The position numbers and the translations under genes were made by a program. From an uncultured Lachnospiraceae bacterium (GTDB lineage: Bacteria > Bacillota > Clostridia > Oscillospirales > CAG-272): a stretch of DNA of 64,000 nucleotides. Below, in pieces: positions 56,817 to 64,000 of this stretch (positions are counted from its first letter, which is position 1; each line of letters starts with the position of its first letter). The stretch covers positions 446 through 64,445 of the forward strand of contig CAYPRM010000006.1 in the NCBI GenBank assembly GCA_964413365.1, in the 5' to 3' direction. Below the pieces are notes generated by a model. The model was not told where the DNA came from. It worked only from the letters and a program-made list of their open reading frames with translations, and did not search any database.

Positions 56817-57473
56817 ATGAAGGCTTATATTTTTCTCGGCGGAGAGATCCATCTCACGCAAAAAAGCATAAATATCATAAAAAACGGCGAAGGCTCTCAA
56901 AAAAGCCTCGTCATAGCCGCCGATTCGGGCTACGACAACGCCTGCAGCATCGGTCTTGAGGGCGAGGTGCAGGTGCTCATCGGCGACCTTGACTCGATAA
57001 GCGACAGGGAGCTTCCGAGCGACCTTGAGATCGTAAAGCTTCCGCCCGAAAAGGACGACTCCGACGCGAGCCTTGCCGTAAATATGGCGATAGAGCGCGG
57101 TGCGGACGAGATATTTCTCGTCGGCGGACTCTCGGGCAGGCTCGATCACACGCTTGCGAACATTCGGCTCGTTGAGATGATTCGGCGGACGCACGGAATA
57201 CACGCGACGATCCTCGACGGTAAAAACCGCGTAAGGCTCGTCTGCGGTGAGTCCGCGGAGGTGAGAGGGGGCGAGTACAGGTATTTCTCGCTCATTCCTA
57301 CGTCCGATGTCGCCGTGGGAATTACCGTCGAGGGCGCAAAATATCCGCTCCACGACGCAACTCTCCTTGCAAAAACGCCCTCGCTCGGCATTTCCAACGA
57401 GGTCGCAGGCGATATTGCCACCGTAACGTGCAGGGATGCGGAGGGCGGACTTTTCCTTATCGAGAGCAACTGA
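56817..57473 (+). CDS. thiN: thiamine diphosphokinase
   Basis: IAADSG...GDLDS...KDDSD... pattern, in the position after rsgA as in Bacillus. Confidence 0.85.
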   Translation: MKAYIFLGGEIHLTQKSINIIKNGEGSQKSLVIAADSGYDNACSIGLEGEVQVLIGDLDSISDRELPSDLEIVKLPPEKDDSDASLAVNMAIERGADEIFLVGGLSGRLDHTLANIRLVEMIRRTHGIHATILDGKNRVRLVCGESAEVRGGEYRYFSLIPTSDVAVGITVEGAKYPLHDATLLAKTPSLGISNEVAGDIATVTCRDAEGGLFLIESN

Positions 57474-57630
57474 GCGCACCGCGTCATATAATGTAACGAG
57501 CGCAGGCTCAATACTTAACTTGATGCGAGGTGCTTTATGAAGATCGTCCTATACAGAGTCAGCGGCATTGCCTCAATGCTCCTAAGACGGCTACTGAAAA
57601 TAAAAAAGCAAGGTGCATAAAAACTGAAAT

Positions 57631-59661
57631 ATGAACAAAGAAGTCAAAAATAACGGATTTTTACCCATCGACCGCCGCGAGATGGCACAGCTTGGCTGGG
57701 ATCGCCCCGATTTCGTCTACGTAACGGGCGATGCATACGTCGACCACCCTTCCTTCGGCACGGCGATAATATCGAGAGTGCTCGAGGCAGAGGGCTTTAG
57801 GGTAGCAATTCTGCCCCAGCCCGATTATAAGAGCTGTGAGCCATTCCGCGAGTTCGGACGTCCACGGCTCGGCTTCCTCGTCAGCGCAGGAAATATCGAC
57901 TCCATGGTCGCGCACTATACCGTCGCAAAGCGCAGAAGGGGGAGCGATTACTATTCCCCCGGCGGTGTGATGGGAAAGCGTCCCGACCGTGCAACGATCG
58001 TTTACTGCAACAGAATACGTGAGGCATACGGCGACGTGCCCATCATCATCGGAGGACTTGAAGCGTCCCTGCGGCGATTCGCCCACTACGATTATTGGGA
58101 CGACAAGGTGCGCCGTTCAATACTCGTCGATAGCCGCGCGGATATTTTGACCTACGGAATGGGCGAGAATATCCTGCGTCGCATCGCACACCTGCTCGAC
58201 CGCGGCGTGCCCGTCAAAAAGATACGCGACGTCAGAGGAACGTGCTATATGTGCGATCCCGAGGATAAGATCGCCTTCCCCGTCGCGGCGGAATTTGACT
58301 ACAACGAGTTAAAGACCGACAAGAGAAAATACGCCGAGGCGTTCGGAATACAGTACAAAAATCAGGATAGCATAAACGGCAAGGCGCTCGTGGAGCATTA
58401 CGATAACAGGATACTCGTACAGACGCCCCCGATGCCGCCGCTTGAGCGTGAGGAGCTTGATGCGGTCTATGCCCTGCCCTATATGCGTACCTACCACCCA
58501 TCATACGAGAAGGACGGTGGCGTTCCTGCGATAGAGGAGGTCAGATTTTCCATTACACACAACCGCGGCTGCTTCGGCGCGTGCAATTTCTGTGCCCTCG
58601 CCTTCCATCAGGGCAGGACCGTCCGTTCAAGGAGTGTCGAGAGCGTGCTGAAGGAGGCAAGGCTCATCACGGAGCTTGACGGATTTAAGGGATATATCCA
58701 CGACGTCGGCGGACCTACGGCGAATTTCCGCTACCCCGCCTGCGATAAGCAGCTTAAGAGCGGCGTCTGCTCGGGCAGGAAATGCCTCGCCCCAACGCCC
58801 TGTAAGAATTTGAAGGTCGACCACACCGAGTATATGGATATGCTCGCGCAGATCGAGGCACTACCGAAGGTCAAAAAGGTGTTCATTCGCTCGGGAATAA
58901 GGTTCGATTACCTTATGTACGATAAGGATGACTCGTTTTTCAAAAAGCTCGTCCGCGATCACGTCAGCGGTCAGCTCAAGGTCGCACCCGAGCATATCTC
59001 CGATAATGTCCTCGATTCAATGGGCAAGCCACATATCAATGTCTACAATTCGTTTAAGAAAAAATATTTCGACCTCTGCCGTGAGGTCGGTAAGGAGCAA
59101 TACCTCGTTCCCTATCTTATGTCCAGCCACCCCGGCTCGACAATGGACGACGCAGTTCAGCTCGCCTGCTATCTTAAGGCGGAGCATTACGCCCCCGAGC
59201 AGGTGCAGGACTATTACCCCACCCCCGGCACAGCCTCGACCGTTATGTACTATACGGGAATAGATCCCCTGACGGGCAAGAAGGTCTACGTTCCCACTAC
59301 ATACGAGGAAAAGAGTGAGCAGCGCGCACTCCTGCAGTTCAACCGTCCGCAGAACGCCGATAAGGTGCGCTCCGCATTAAGACACGCAGGACGCCCCGAC
59401 CTCATCGGCTATGAGCCGTCCTGCCTCGTCAAGCCCGAAAACGGGAACGGTAAGATGAACGGAAAAAATAATAACGGGAGCGGTAAGGGCTATAAAGCTA
59501 AATCTAACGGCGGCGCAGGCGCTAATGCCGATCGCTCCGCTAAGGGAGAGCGCAAAAAGCATGACCGCATCGTCAAAAACGGTGCCCCCGGTCGTCCTAA
59601 CCCACACCCCAATAAAAAAGCTGCCCCGCAAAAGAAGAATAGAAATAAAAAATATAACTAA
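57631..59661 (+). CDS. ygiQ: YgiQ family radical SAM protein with a Lys/Asn/Gly-rich C-terminal tail
   Basis: N-terminal FLP....M..LGWD..D...[24 protein letters not shown] cluster. Confidence 0.92.
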   Translation: MNKEVKNNGFLPIDRREMAQLGWDRPDFVYVTGDAYVDHPSFGTAIISRVLEAEGFRVAILPQPDYKSCEPFREFGRPRLGFLVSAGNIDSMVAHYTVAKRRRGSDYYSPGGVMGKRPDRATIVYCNRIREAYGDVPIIIGGLEASLRRFAHYDYWDDKVRRSILVDSRADILTYGMGENILRRIAHLLDRGVPVKKIRDVRGTCYMCDPEDKIAFPVAAEFDYNELKTDKRKYAEAFGIQYKNQDSINGKALVEHYDNRILVQTPPMPPLEREELDAVYALPYMRTYHPSYEKDGGVPAIEEVRFSITHNRGCFGACNFCALAFHQGRTVRSRSVESVLKEARLITELDGFKGYIHDVGGPTANFRYPACDKQLKSGVCSGRKCLAPTPCKNLKVDHTEYMDMLAQIEALPKVKKVFIRSGIRFDYLMYDKDDSFFKKLVRDHVSGQLKVAPEHISDNVLDSMGKPHINVYNSFKKKYFDLCREVGKEQYLVPYLMSSHPGSTMDDAVQLACYLKAEHYAPEQVQDYYPTPGTASTVMYYTGIDPLTGKKVYVPTTYEEKSEQRALLQFNRPQNADKVRSALRHAGRPDLIGYEPSCLVKPENGNGKMNGKNNNGSGKGYKAKSNGGAGANADRSAKGERKKHDRIVKNGAPGRPNPHPNKKAAPQKKNRNKKYN

Positions 59662-59666
59662 TAATC

Positions 59667-59698
59667 AAAAAACCACGCGAAAGCGTGGTTTTTGATTT
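59667..59698 (+). terminator. rho-independent terminator of ygiQ
   Basis: AAAAAACCACGC-GAAA-GCGTGGTTTTT. Confidence 0.85.
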
Positions 59699-59701
59699 CT
59701 C

Positions 59702-59812
59702 GTTCGCAAAGCAAACATATATGTCGCCTTCGGCTAATGATGTTAGCACTTCGTGCTAATGATGCTGTGGTTTCGCCACGAATGGGTATGGGAGGAGCAA
59801 GCTCCTCCCATA
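59702..59812 (-). repeat. copy C of multi-hairpin intergenic repeat family (most intact)
   Basis: Reverse complement reads GGGAGGAGC-TT-GCTCCTCCC, GTGG-CGAAA-CCAC, CATCATTAGCAC-GAA-GTGCTAACATCATT, GCC-GAA-GGC, GTTTGC-TTT-GCGAAC. Confidence 0.8.
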
Positions 59813-59940
59813 CGAGATTGTAGAAATTTCGCCGTGTGGATAACGGTGCCGTTGTATGGCGATCATTTCACCGTGCAAGCAACAGTTATGCACACATTTT
59901 GCTCGTTTTCTTACCCTGTTTTCAATTTCCCATTCTATCC

Positions 59941-61623
59941 TCAGAATATCCCCACGATATTTCCGCCATCATCGACGTCGATATTGAGTGCGGCTGGGGC
60001 TTTAGGGAGTCCCGGCATGGTCATTATATCGCCTGCGAGGGCGACAACAAAGCCTGCACCTGCGCTGACACGCATACTCTTTATATTCACCGTAAAGCCC
60101 TCGGGCGCGCCGAGAAGCTCCTTATTATCCGAAAAGCTATACTGCGTTTTTGCGATGCAGACGGGCAGGTGTGAAAAGCCGTTTCTCTCAAGTCTTTCCA
60201 TCTCCTCCCTTGCCTGCTCGCTGAAGCTGACGTCGCTACCGCGGTATATCCTCTTTACGACCGCGCGGATCTTATCCTCTATCGAGCCATCGAGGGAATA
60301 TGAAAATTCAAATTTCTCGTTATTTTCGTTTTCGCAGAGGCTCACCGCTTCAAGTGCAAGTTCGCGCGCACCTTCTCCGCCCTTAGCCCAAGCCTCGCAG
60401 AGCACGGCGCGGACGCCTGCCTCGTTACATTTTTTTGAAACGGTCTCAAGCTCTGCCGCAGTATCCGTGGGGAACGCATTTATTGCGACCGTACACGGGA
60501 GGTGGTATACATCTCGAATATTCGAGACGTGGCGCATAAGATTTGGCAGTCCCCTCTCAAGTGCATCGAGATCCTCATTGGCGAGTGCGTCCTTCGGCAC
60601 TCCACCGTGCATTTTGAGTGCGCGGACGGTAGCGACCACTACGACCGCATCGGGTACGAGCCCTGCGGCACGGCACTTTATATCAATAAACTTCTCCGCA
60701 CCGAGATCCGCGCCAAAGCCTGCCTCGGTAACGACGTAATCCGTGCTCGCAAGTGCGGTACGTGTTGCGATAACGGAATTACAGCCGTGCGCGATATTTG
60801 CGAACGGTCCGCCGTGAATGAACGCCGCCGTTCCCTCGAGCGTCTGCACGAGATTCGGAGCGAGAGCATCACGCAGGAGAGCCGTCATAGCCCCTGCCGC
60901 ACCGAGCTGATCCGCGGTAACCGGCTCGCCGTCGGTATTATAGGCGACGACCATTCTACCGAGCCTTGCACGCAGGTCGGAGAGCGAGTCCGCAAGGCAG
61001 AATATCGCCATGACCTCACTTGCGACGGTGATATCAAAGCCGTCATCCCTCGGCACTCCGTCAACGCGTCTGCCCAGACCGTCGCGGACGCACCTGAGCT
61101 GGCGGTCGTTCATATCGACGCATCTGCGGACAGTTATGCTCTGCGGATCAATACGCAGCTCATTTCCCTGATATATATGATTGTCGAGCATGGCACAAAG
61201 GAGATTATTTGCCGCTCCTATTGCGTGTATATCGCCCGTAAAATGCAGATTTATATCCTCCATAGGCACTACCTGCGCATATCCGCCGCCCGTAGCGCCG
61301 CCCTTGATGCCGAAAACAGGTCCGAGGGACGGCTCTCTGAGTGCAAGGCAGGCACTCTTGCCGATCTTACGCAGTCCATCGGCAAGTCCTATTGCCGTGG
61401 TAGTTTTTCCCTCTCCTGCGGGGGTGGGAGTGATTGCAGTAACGAGTATCAGCTTGCCGCGCCCTGCGTTCCTTTTTGAATCAAGGTAGGAGAGCGAGAC
61501 CTTTGCCTTACCGCGTCCGTATGGCTCGAGAAACTTCTCTCCCACGCCGACGCTCTGCGCTATCTCCGAAATATCCTTGAGTCTGCACGCTCTCGAGATC
61601 TCTATATCCGTCAAATTTGCCAT
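59941..61623 (-). CDS. fhs: formate--tetrahydrofolate ligase
   Basis: [12 protein letters not shown]-loop. 560 aa. GGAGG RBS. Confidence 0.97.
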   Translation of the reverse strand: MANLTDIEISRACRLKDISEIAQSVGVGEKFLEPYGRGKAKVSLSYLDSKRNAGRGKLILVTAITPTPAGEGKTTTAIGLADGLRKIGKSACLALREPSLGPVFGIKGGATGGGYAQVVPMEDINLHFTGDIHAIGAANNLLCAMLDNHIYQGNELRIDPQSITVRRCVDMNDRQLRCVRDGLGRRVDGVPRDDGFDITVASEVMAIFCLADSLSDLRARLGRMVVAYNTDGEPVTADQLGAAGAMTALLRDALAPNLVQTLEGTAAFIHGGPFANIAHGCNSVIATRTALASTDYVVTEAGFGADLGAEKFIDIKCRAAGLVPDAVVVVATVRALKMHGGVPKDALANEDLDALERGLPNLMRHVSNIRDVYHLPCTVAINAFPTDTAAELETVSKKCNEAGVRAVLCEAWAKGGEGARELALEAVSLCENENNEKFEFSYSLDGSIEDKIRAVVKRIYRGSDVSFSEQAREEMERLERNGFSHLPVCIAKTQYSFSDNKELLGAPEGFTVNIKSMRVSAGAGFVVALAGDIMTMPGLPKAPAALNIDVDDGGNIVGIF

Positions 61624-61654
61624 TACTCATACCTCCTGCAATGTTCTTACGCTA

Positions 61655-61683
61655 ATTATACCATTACATACTTTTTTTGTCAA
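61655..61683 (-). promoter_or_regulatory. sigma-A-type promoter of fhs
   Basis: Minus strand: TTGACA, 17 nt spacer, TATAAT. Confidence 0.65.
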
Positions 61684-61709
61684 TAAATTTGCCAAATTTA
61701 TTCCAATTC

Positions 61710-61747
61710 AAAACCACGGCACAGAGCAATCCCCATGCCGTGGTTTT
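61710..61747 (-). terminator. rho-independent terminator of the upstream four-gene operon
   Basis: AAAACCACGGCA...TGCCGTGGTTTT 12-bp stem with a T-run on the minus strand. Confidence 0.8.
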
Positions 61748-61757
61748 TAATATTTGC

Positions 61758-62411
61758 TTATTTTGTTCCAAAAAGCACTTTTTTAAGTATATCGGCAGTT
61801 TTCTCCTTACCGAATTGCGATACGAAAACGTCCGTCGCAGGTCCGCCCTGCTCAACAAGCCCGTCAACGTAAGCATCCGTGCGAGCAAGCTTAGGAGCTA
61901 TCTCACATTCGGGTGCGTCGGTCGCAAGGTACGCTCCGATATATTCCTCGGTGTAGCGGTCAAGCTCCTTGGTCTGTGCCCCCTTACCCTTCTTTGAGGT
62001 GGTCTCGGGGAGTCTGATGCCGTCATACCAATGCGACGGCTCCTCTCCCTCTGCGAACCTCTCGGGAAGGGCGGCGTTTTTCTCCTTGACCGCGCCGACA
62101 AGGGGAAGCTCCGCACGCTTCTCCACCGTATCGTAAAGCTCGATGATGAGCGTGTCGTTACCCATAGCGTAGATCCTGTCATAGGAGAGCAGGGGCAGAT
62201 CGAGCGTTTTCGGAGCGATAACGAGCGTATCCATCTTCATAAGTCCGAAAAATCCGCTCGCGCGCATCACGCATACGTGCCCGAGTCCCTGTGCCTCATA
62301 CGCACGGTTTTTGAAGGTCATTCCCTTCGCCTTGAAGGTCGAAAATTCGCCTATATCCTTTTCGGCAAGCGAAAACCTCTCGCCGATAAGCTCCAATATT
62401 CTCTCAGTCAT
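61758..62411 (-). CDS. hypothetical protein (possible ferredoxin-dependent bilin reductase-like fold; speculative)
   Basis: 217 aa, 3 nt after the upstream gene, no clear SD. The segment MKMDTLVIAPKTLDLPLLSYDRIYAMGNDTLIIELYD resembles the FDBR core pattern from memory only. Confidence 0.55.
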   Translation of the reverse strand: MTERILELIGERFSLAEKDIGEFSTFKAKGMTFKNRAYEAQGLGHVCVMRASGFFGLMKMDTLVIAPKTLDLPLLSYDRIYAMGNDTLIIELYDTVEKRAELPLVGAVKEKNAALPERFAEGEEPSHWYDGIRLPETTSKKGKGAQTKELDRYTEEYIGAYLATDAPECEIAPKLARTDAYVDGLVEQGGPATDVFVSQFGKEKTADILKKVLFGTK

Positions 62412-62414
62412 AGG

Positions 62415-63074
62415 TCAAGCGTCAAGCGTGAGCTTTGAGAGTCCGTTTTTATGGAGCAGGCAGACGCCGAGCAGGAATGTTCCCTGACCTGCGACATTTA
62501 CGCCCTCTGCGATCCAGTTCATTATCGCCTTGTCAAATTCCTTTGACGAGAGATAGCCCATTCCGAGCGAGCAGATAAAGGATACAACAAAGATCGCGAT
62601 GATCACGGGCTTACCGAGCCTTTTTGCAAGAATGGCGAGCACCGTGTCAAGACAACCGAGTCCTGCGACCATGAGTCCAACGAAAATAAATGTTCCGCGG
62701 TATTCCTCGGGAGCGGCGGATGCGAGCACCGCCATAAGAACGGGAGCGGTGATGACGCATCTGCGTGTCGACGTGCCCTTCTGCGTGAGCATGAGTATCA
62801 TTCCGAGACCTGCGAGCATAAAGCCTATCGACTGCACGGGGAAGAACATTGCATTGAGCGGTGAGAAATCGCACACGCCAGCCGCGTAGAGCAGCTTCCA
62901 CGTTGCCTTGAGTCCACCCGCGCAGATAACGTCAATAACGCCTGCGGAGAAAAGGGCGAAGGCGGCTCTGCCCATTTTAGAATAGAGATCACGTAAAAGT
63001 ATCACTGCGCCGATGGCGAAGCACACGACGGGAATATAATCCACGAGTGCCATTGAGATCGAAAAATCATTCAT
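62415..63074 (-). CDS. hypothetical polytopic membrane protein
   Basis: 219 aa, at least six hydrophobic segments. GGAGAT RBS. Confidence 0.7.
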   Translation of the reverse strand: MNDFSISMALVDYIPVVCFAIGAVILLRDLYSKMGRAAFALFSAGVIDVICAGGLKATWKLLYAAGVCDFSPLNAMFFPVQSIGFMLAGLGMILMLTQKGTSTRRCVITAPVLMAVLASAAPEEYRGTFIFVGLMVAGLGCLDTVLAILAKRLGKPVIIAIFVVSFICSLGMGYLSSKEFDKAIMNWIAEGVNVAGQGTFLLGVCLLHKNGLSKLTLDA

Positions 63075-63101
63075 ATTTTCTTATATCTCCTATATCCTCG
63101 A

Positions 63102-63914
63102 TTATTTCTTTTTATTGAGATGGTAGAGAGGGATGAGGGGTATGATTATGGGAGTCTTGTTTGCGTACTCGTTGTATGCAGGATCGTCGCCGAGTCTGCC
63201 CATCTGACGCTTTTCAAGACGCTGTGCGCCGTTGAACATGATGTAAACGATCGCGATGTACGCGATTATCGCAACTATCCACTGACCAACACCGGAGAAG
63301 GTGGTCGTTCCGCTCACGAAAACGCCCGTCCAGAAGATGATCTCGCCAAGGTAGTTGGGGCAGCGAACGATCCTATAAAGTCCCTTCGTAGCCACGAAAT
63401 TGGGATTTTCCTTCTTCTGTGCGCTCTTCTGCTGGTCTGCGATGCTCTCAAGCACGATTCCGAATATCGAGATCGCAAAGCCGACTACGGGAACGATAAC
63501 GTCCGTCGAGCCGTTCACGTGTCTGAAGAGCATGGGGCTGACCTGAGCCGCGTAGAGTGCGGAAACGAAGATCCAGATCGTTGCAAGAACGAAGATGGGC
63601 ATCTTCTTTTCGTTATTCTTTGCGAGGGTGTCCTTCGCGACGTCCGTCTTTCTGAAGGTTATATTCTTAAACTCACGGACGAGCAAAAAGCCCGAGAGGC
63701 GCACGCCGTATGCGACGAAAAGAAGCGCCTGCACCACGGTGATCCAGAGGGGAGCGTCCGTGGGGTTGAGAAGTGCGATGACAAGTATCGCAATACCGCC
63801 TGCAGCAACGGAAATTCCGTATCCTATGGAGAGGAAGTATACGAACTTATAGAAGCCGATGAGGCATACGACTGCGCAAACGGCATATATTATTCCAAGA
63901 AATCCCCAAGGCAT
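63102..63914 (-). CDS. DUF1295 / steroid 5-alpha-reductase-like membrane protein
   Basis: GLYRIVRCPNYLGEIIFWTG signature. Polytopic. AAGGAGG RBS. Confidence 0.8.
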   Translation of the reverse strand: MPWGFLGIIYAVCAVVCLIGFYKFVYFLSIGYGISVAAGGIAILVIALLNPTDAPLWITVVQALLFVAYGVRLSGFLLVREFKNITFRKTDVAKDTLAKNNEKKMPIFVLATIWIFVSALYAAQVSPMLFRHVNGSTDVIVPVVGFAISIFGIVLESIADQQKSAQKKENPNFVATKGLYRIVRCPNYLGEIIFWTGVFVSGTTTFSGVGQWIVAIIAYIAIVYIMFNGAQRLEKRQMGRLGDDPAYNEYANKTPIIIPLIPLYHLNKKK

Positions 63915-63915
63915 A

Positions 63916-64000
63916 TTACTTTACCTCCTTGCCAAAATAGCTCTTGATGTATTCGGCAAAGCTCTTATCGCCCGTCTCGGTGTCGCCCACAAGGTCGTGG
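63916..64000 (-). CDS. unknown protein, C-terminal end only (rest outside window)
   Basis: Open minus-strand frame ...HDLVGDTETGDKSFAEYIKSYFGKEVK ending at a TAA one nt before the next start codon. Confidence 0.5.
   Translation of the reverse strand, partial: HDLVGDTETGDKSFAEYIKSYFGKEVK

Noticed and set aside
59753-61479. Two long plus-strand ORFs (328 and 325 aa).
   Set aside because: Both are antisense to fhs. The first also reads through repeat copy C. They are Ser/Arg/Pro-rich.
63120-63947. 275-aa plus-strand ORF.
   Set aside because: It is antisense to the DUF1295 membrane-protein gene, which has a clear signature and RBS.

Overview
This window appears to be a chromosomal segment from a moderately GC-rich Firmicute, probably a Clostridia or Oscillospiraceae-like organism judging by gene content, SD-type RBSs and sigma-A-like promoters. 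It is almost entirely core housekeeping. I found no rRNA, tRNA, CRISPR array, IS element or prophage block.

Gene content, left to right:
- Split ChrA pair, an SDR and a DUF3737 protein.
- yceD-rpmF.
- A membrane-anchored trigger-factor-like PPIase and a CofE-like protein.
- A family-4 UDG followed by an S11 carboxypeptidase.
- A sugar ABC module (two permeases and a binding protein, no ATPase).
- A small accessory patch: two lipoproteins, a serpin-fold lipoprotein and an SGNH hydrolase.
- U32 peptidase, uppP and dusB, then a trypsin-like lipoprotein.
- An ECF S-component with coaX, then holA.
- Two tiny overlapping membrane-protein genes.
- T-box::valS.
- DUF1292-hemW-lepA-murC (minus strand), then spoVG.
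- A YfcE-like phosphodiesterase and a DAG-kinase-like protein.
- A three-gene small-protein operon.
- T-box::thrS, then a degenerate mgsA-like gene.
- rpsF-ssb-rpsR, hprK, a methyltransferase, an unknown membrane protein, and trxA with a phosphodiesterase.
- efp with an acidic Cys-rich zinc-ribbon protein.
- The B. subtilis ylo-type supra-operon: yicC-remA-gmk-rpoZ-priA-def-fmt-rsmB-rlmN-stp-prkC-rsgA-thiN.
- ygiQ, fhs, and a four-gene membrane/unknown operon at the right edge.

Signals not explained by ordinary annotation:
1. A family of mosaic multi-hairpin intergenic repeats. There are six copies or fragments, two of them near-identical and inverted about 33 kb apart, plus a visible compensatory base-pair change.
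2. An orphan holin-like plus coiled-coil membrane gene pair with no lysin.
3. A translationally coupled trio of low-complexity small proteins.
4. Several atypical versions of known families: MgsA-like without catalytic residues, a serpin with a non-canonical reactive-centre loop, PrkC without PASTA domains, a doubly anchored ABC binding protein, and an extracytoplasmic trigger-factor-like protein.

All functional calls are from motif reading by eye. No database search was run.
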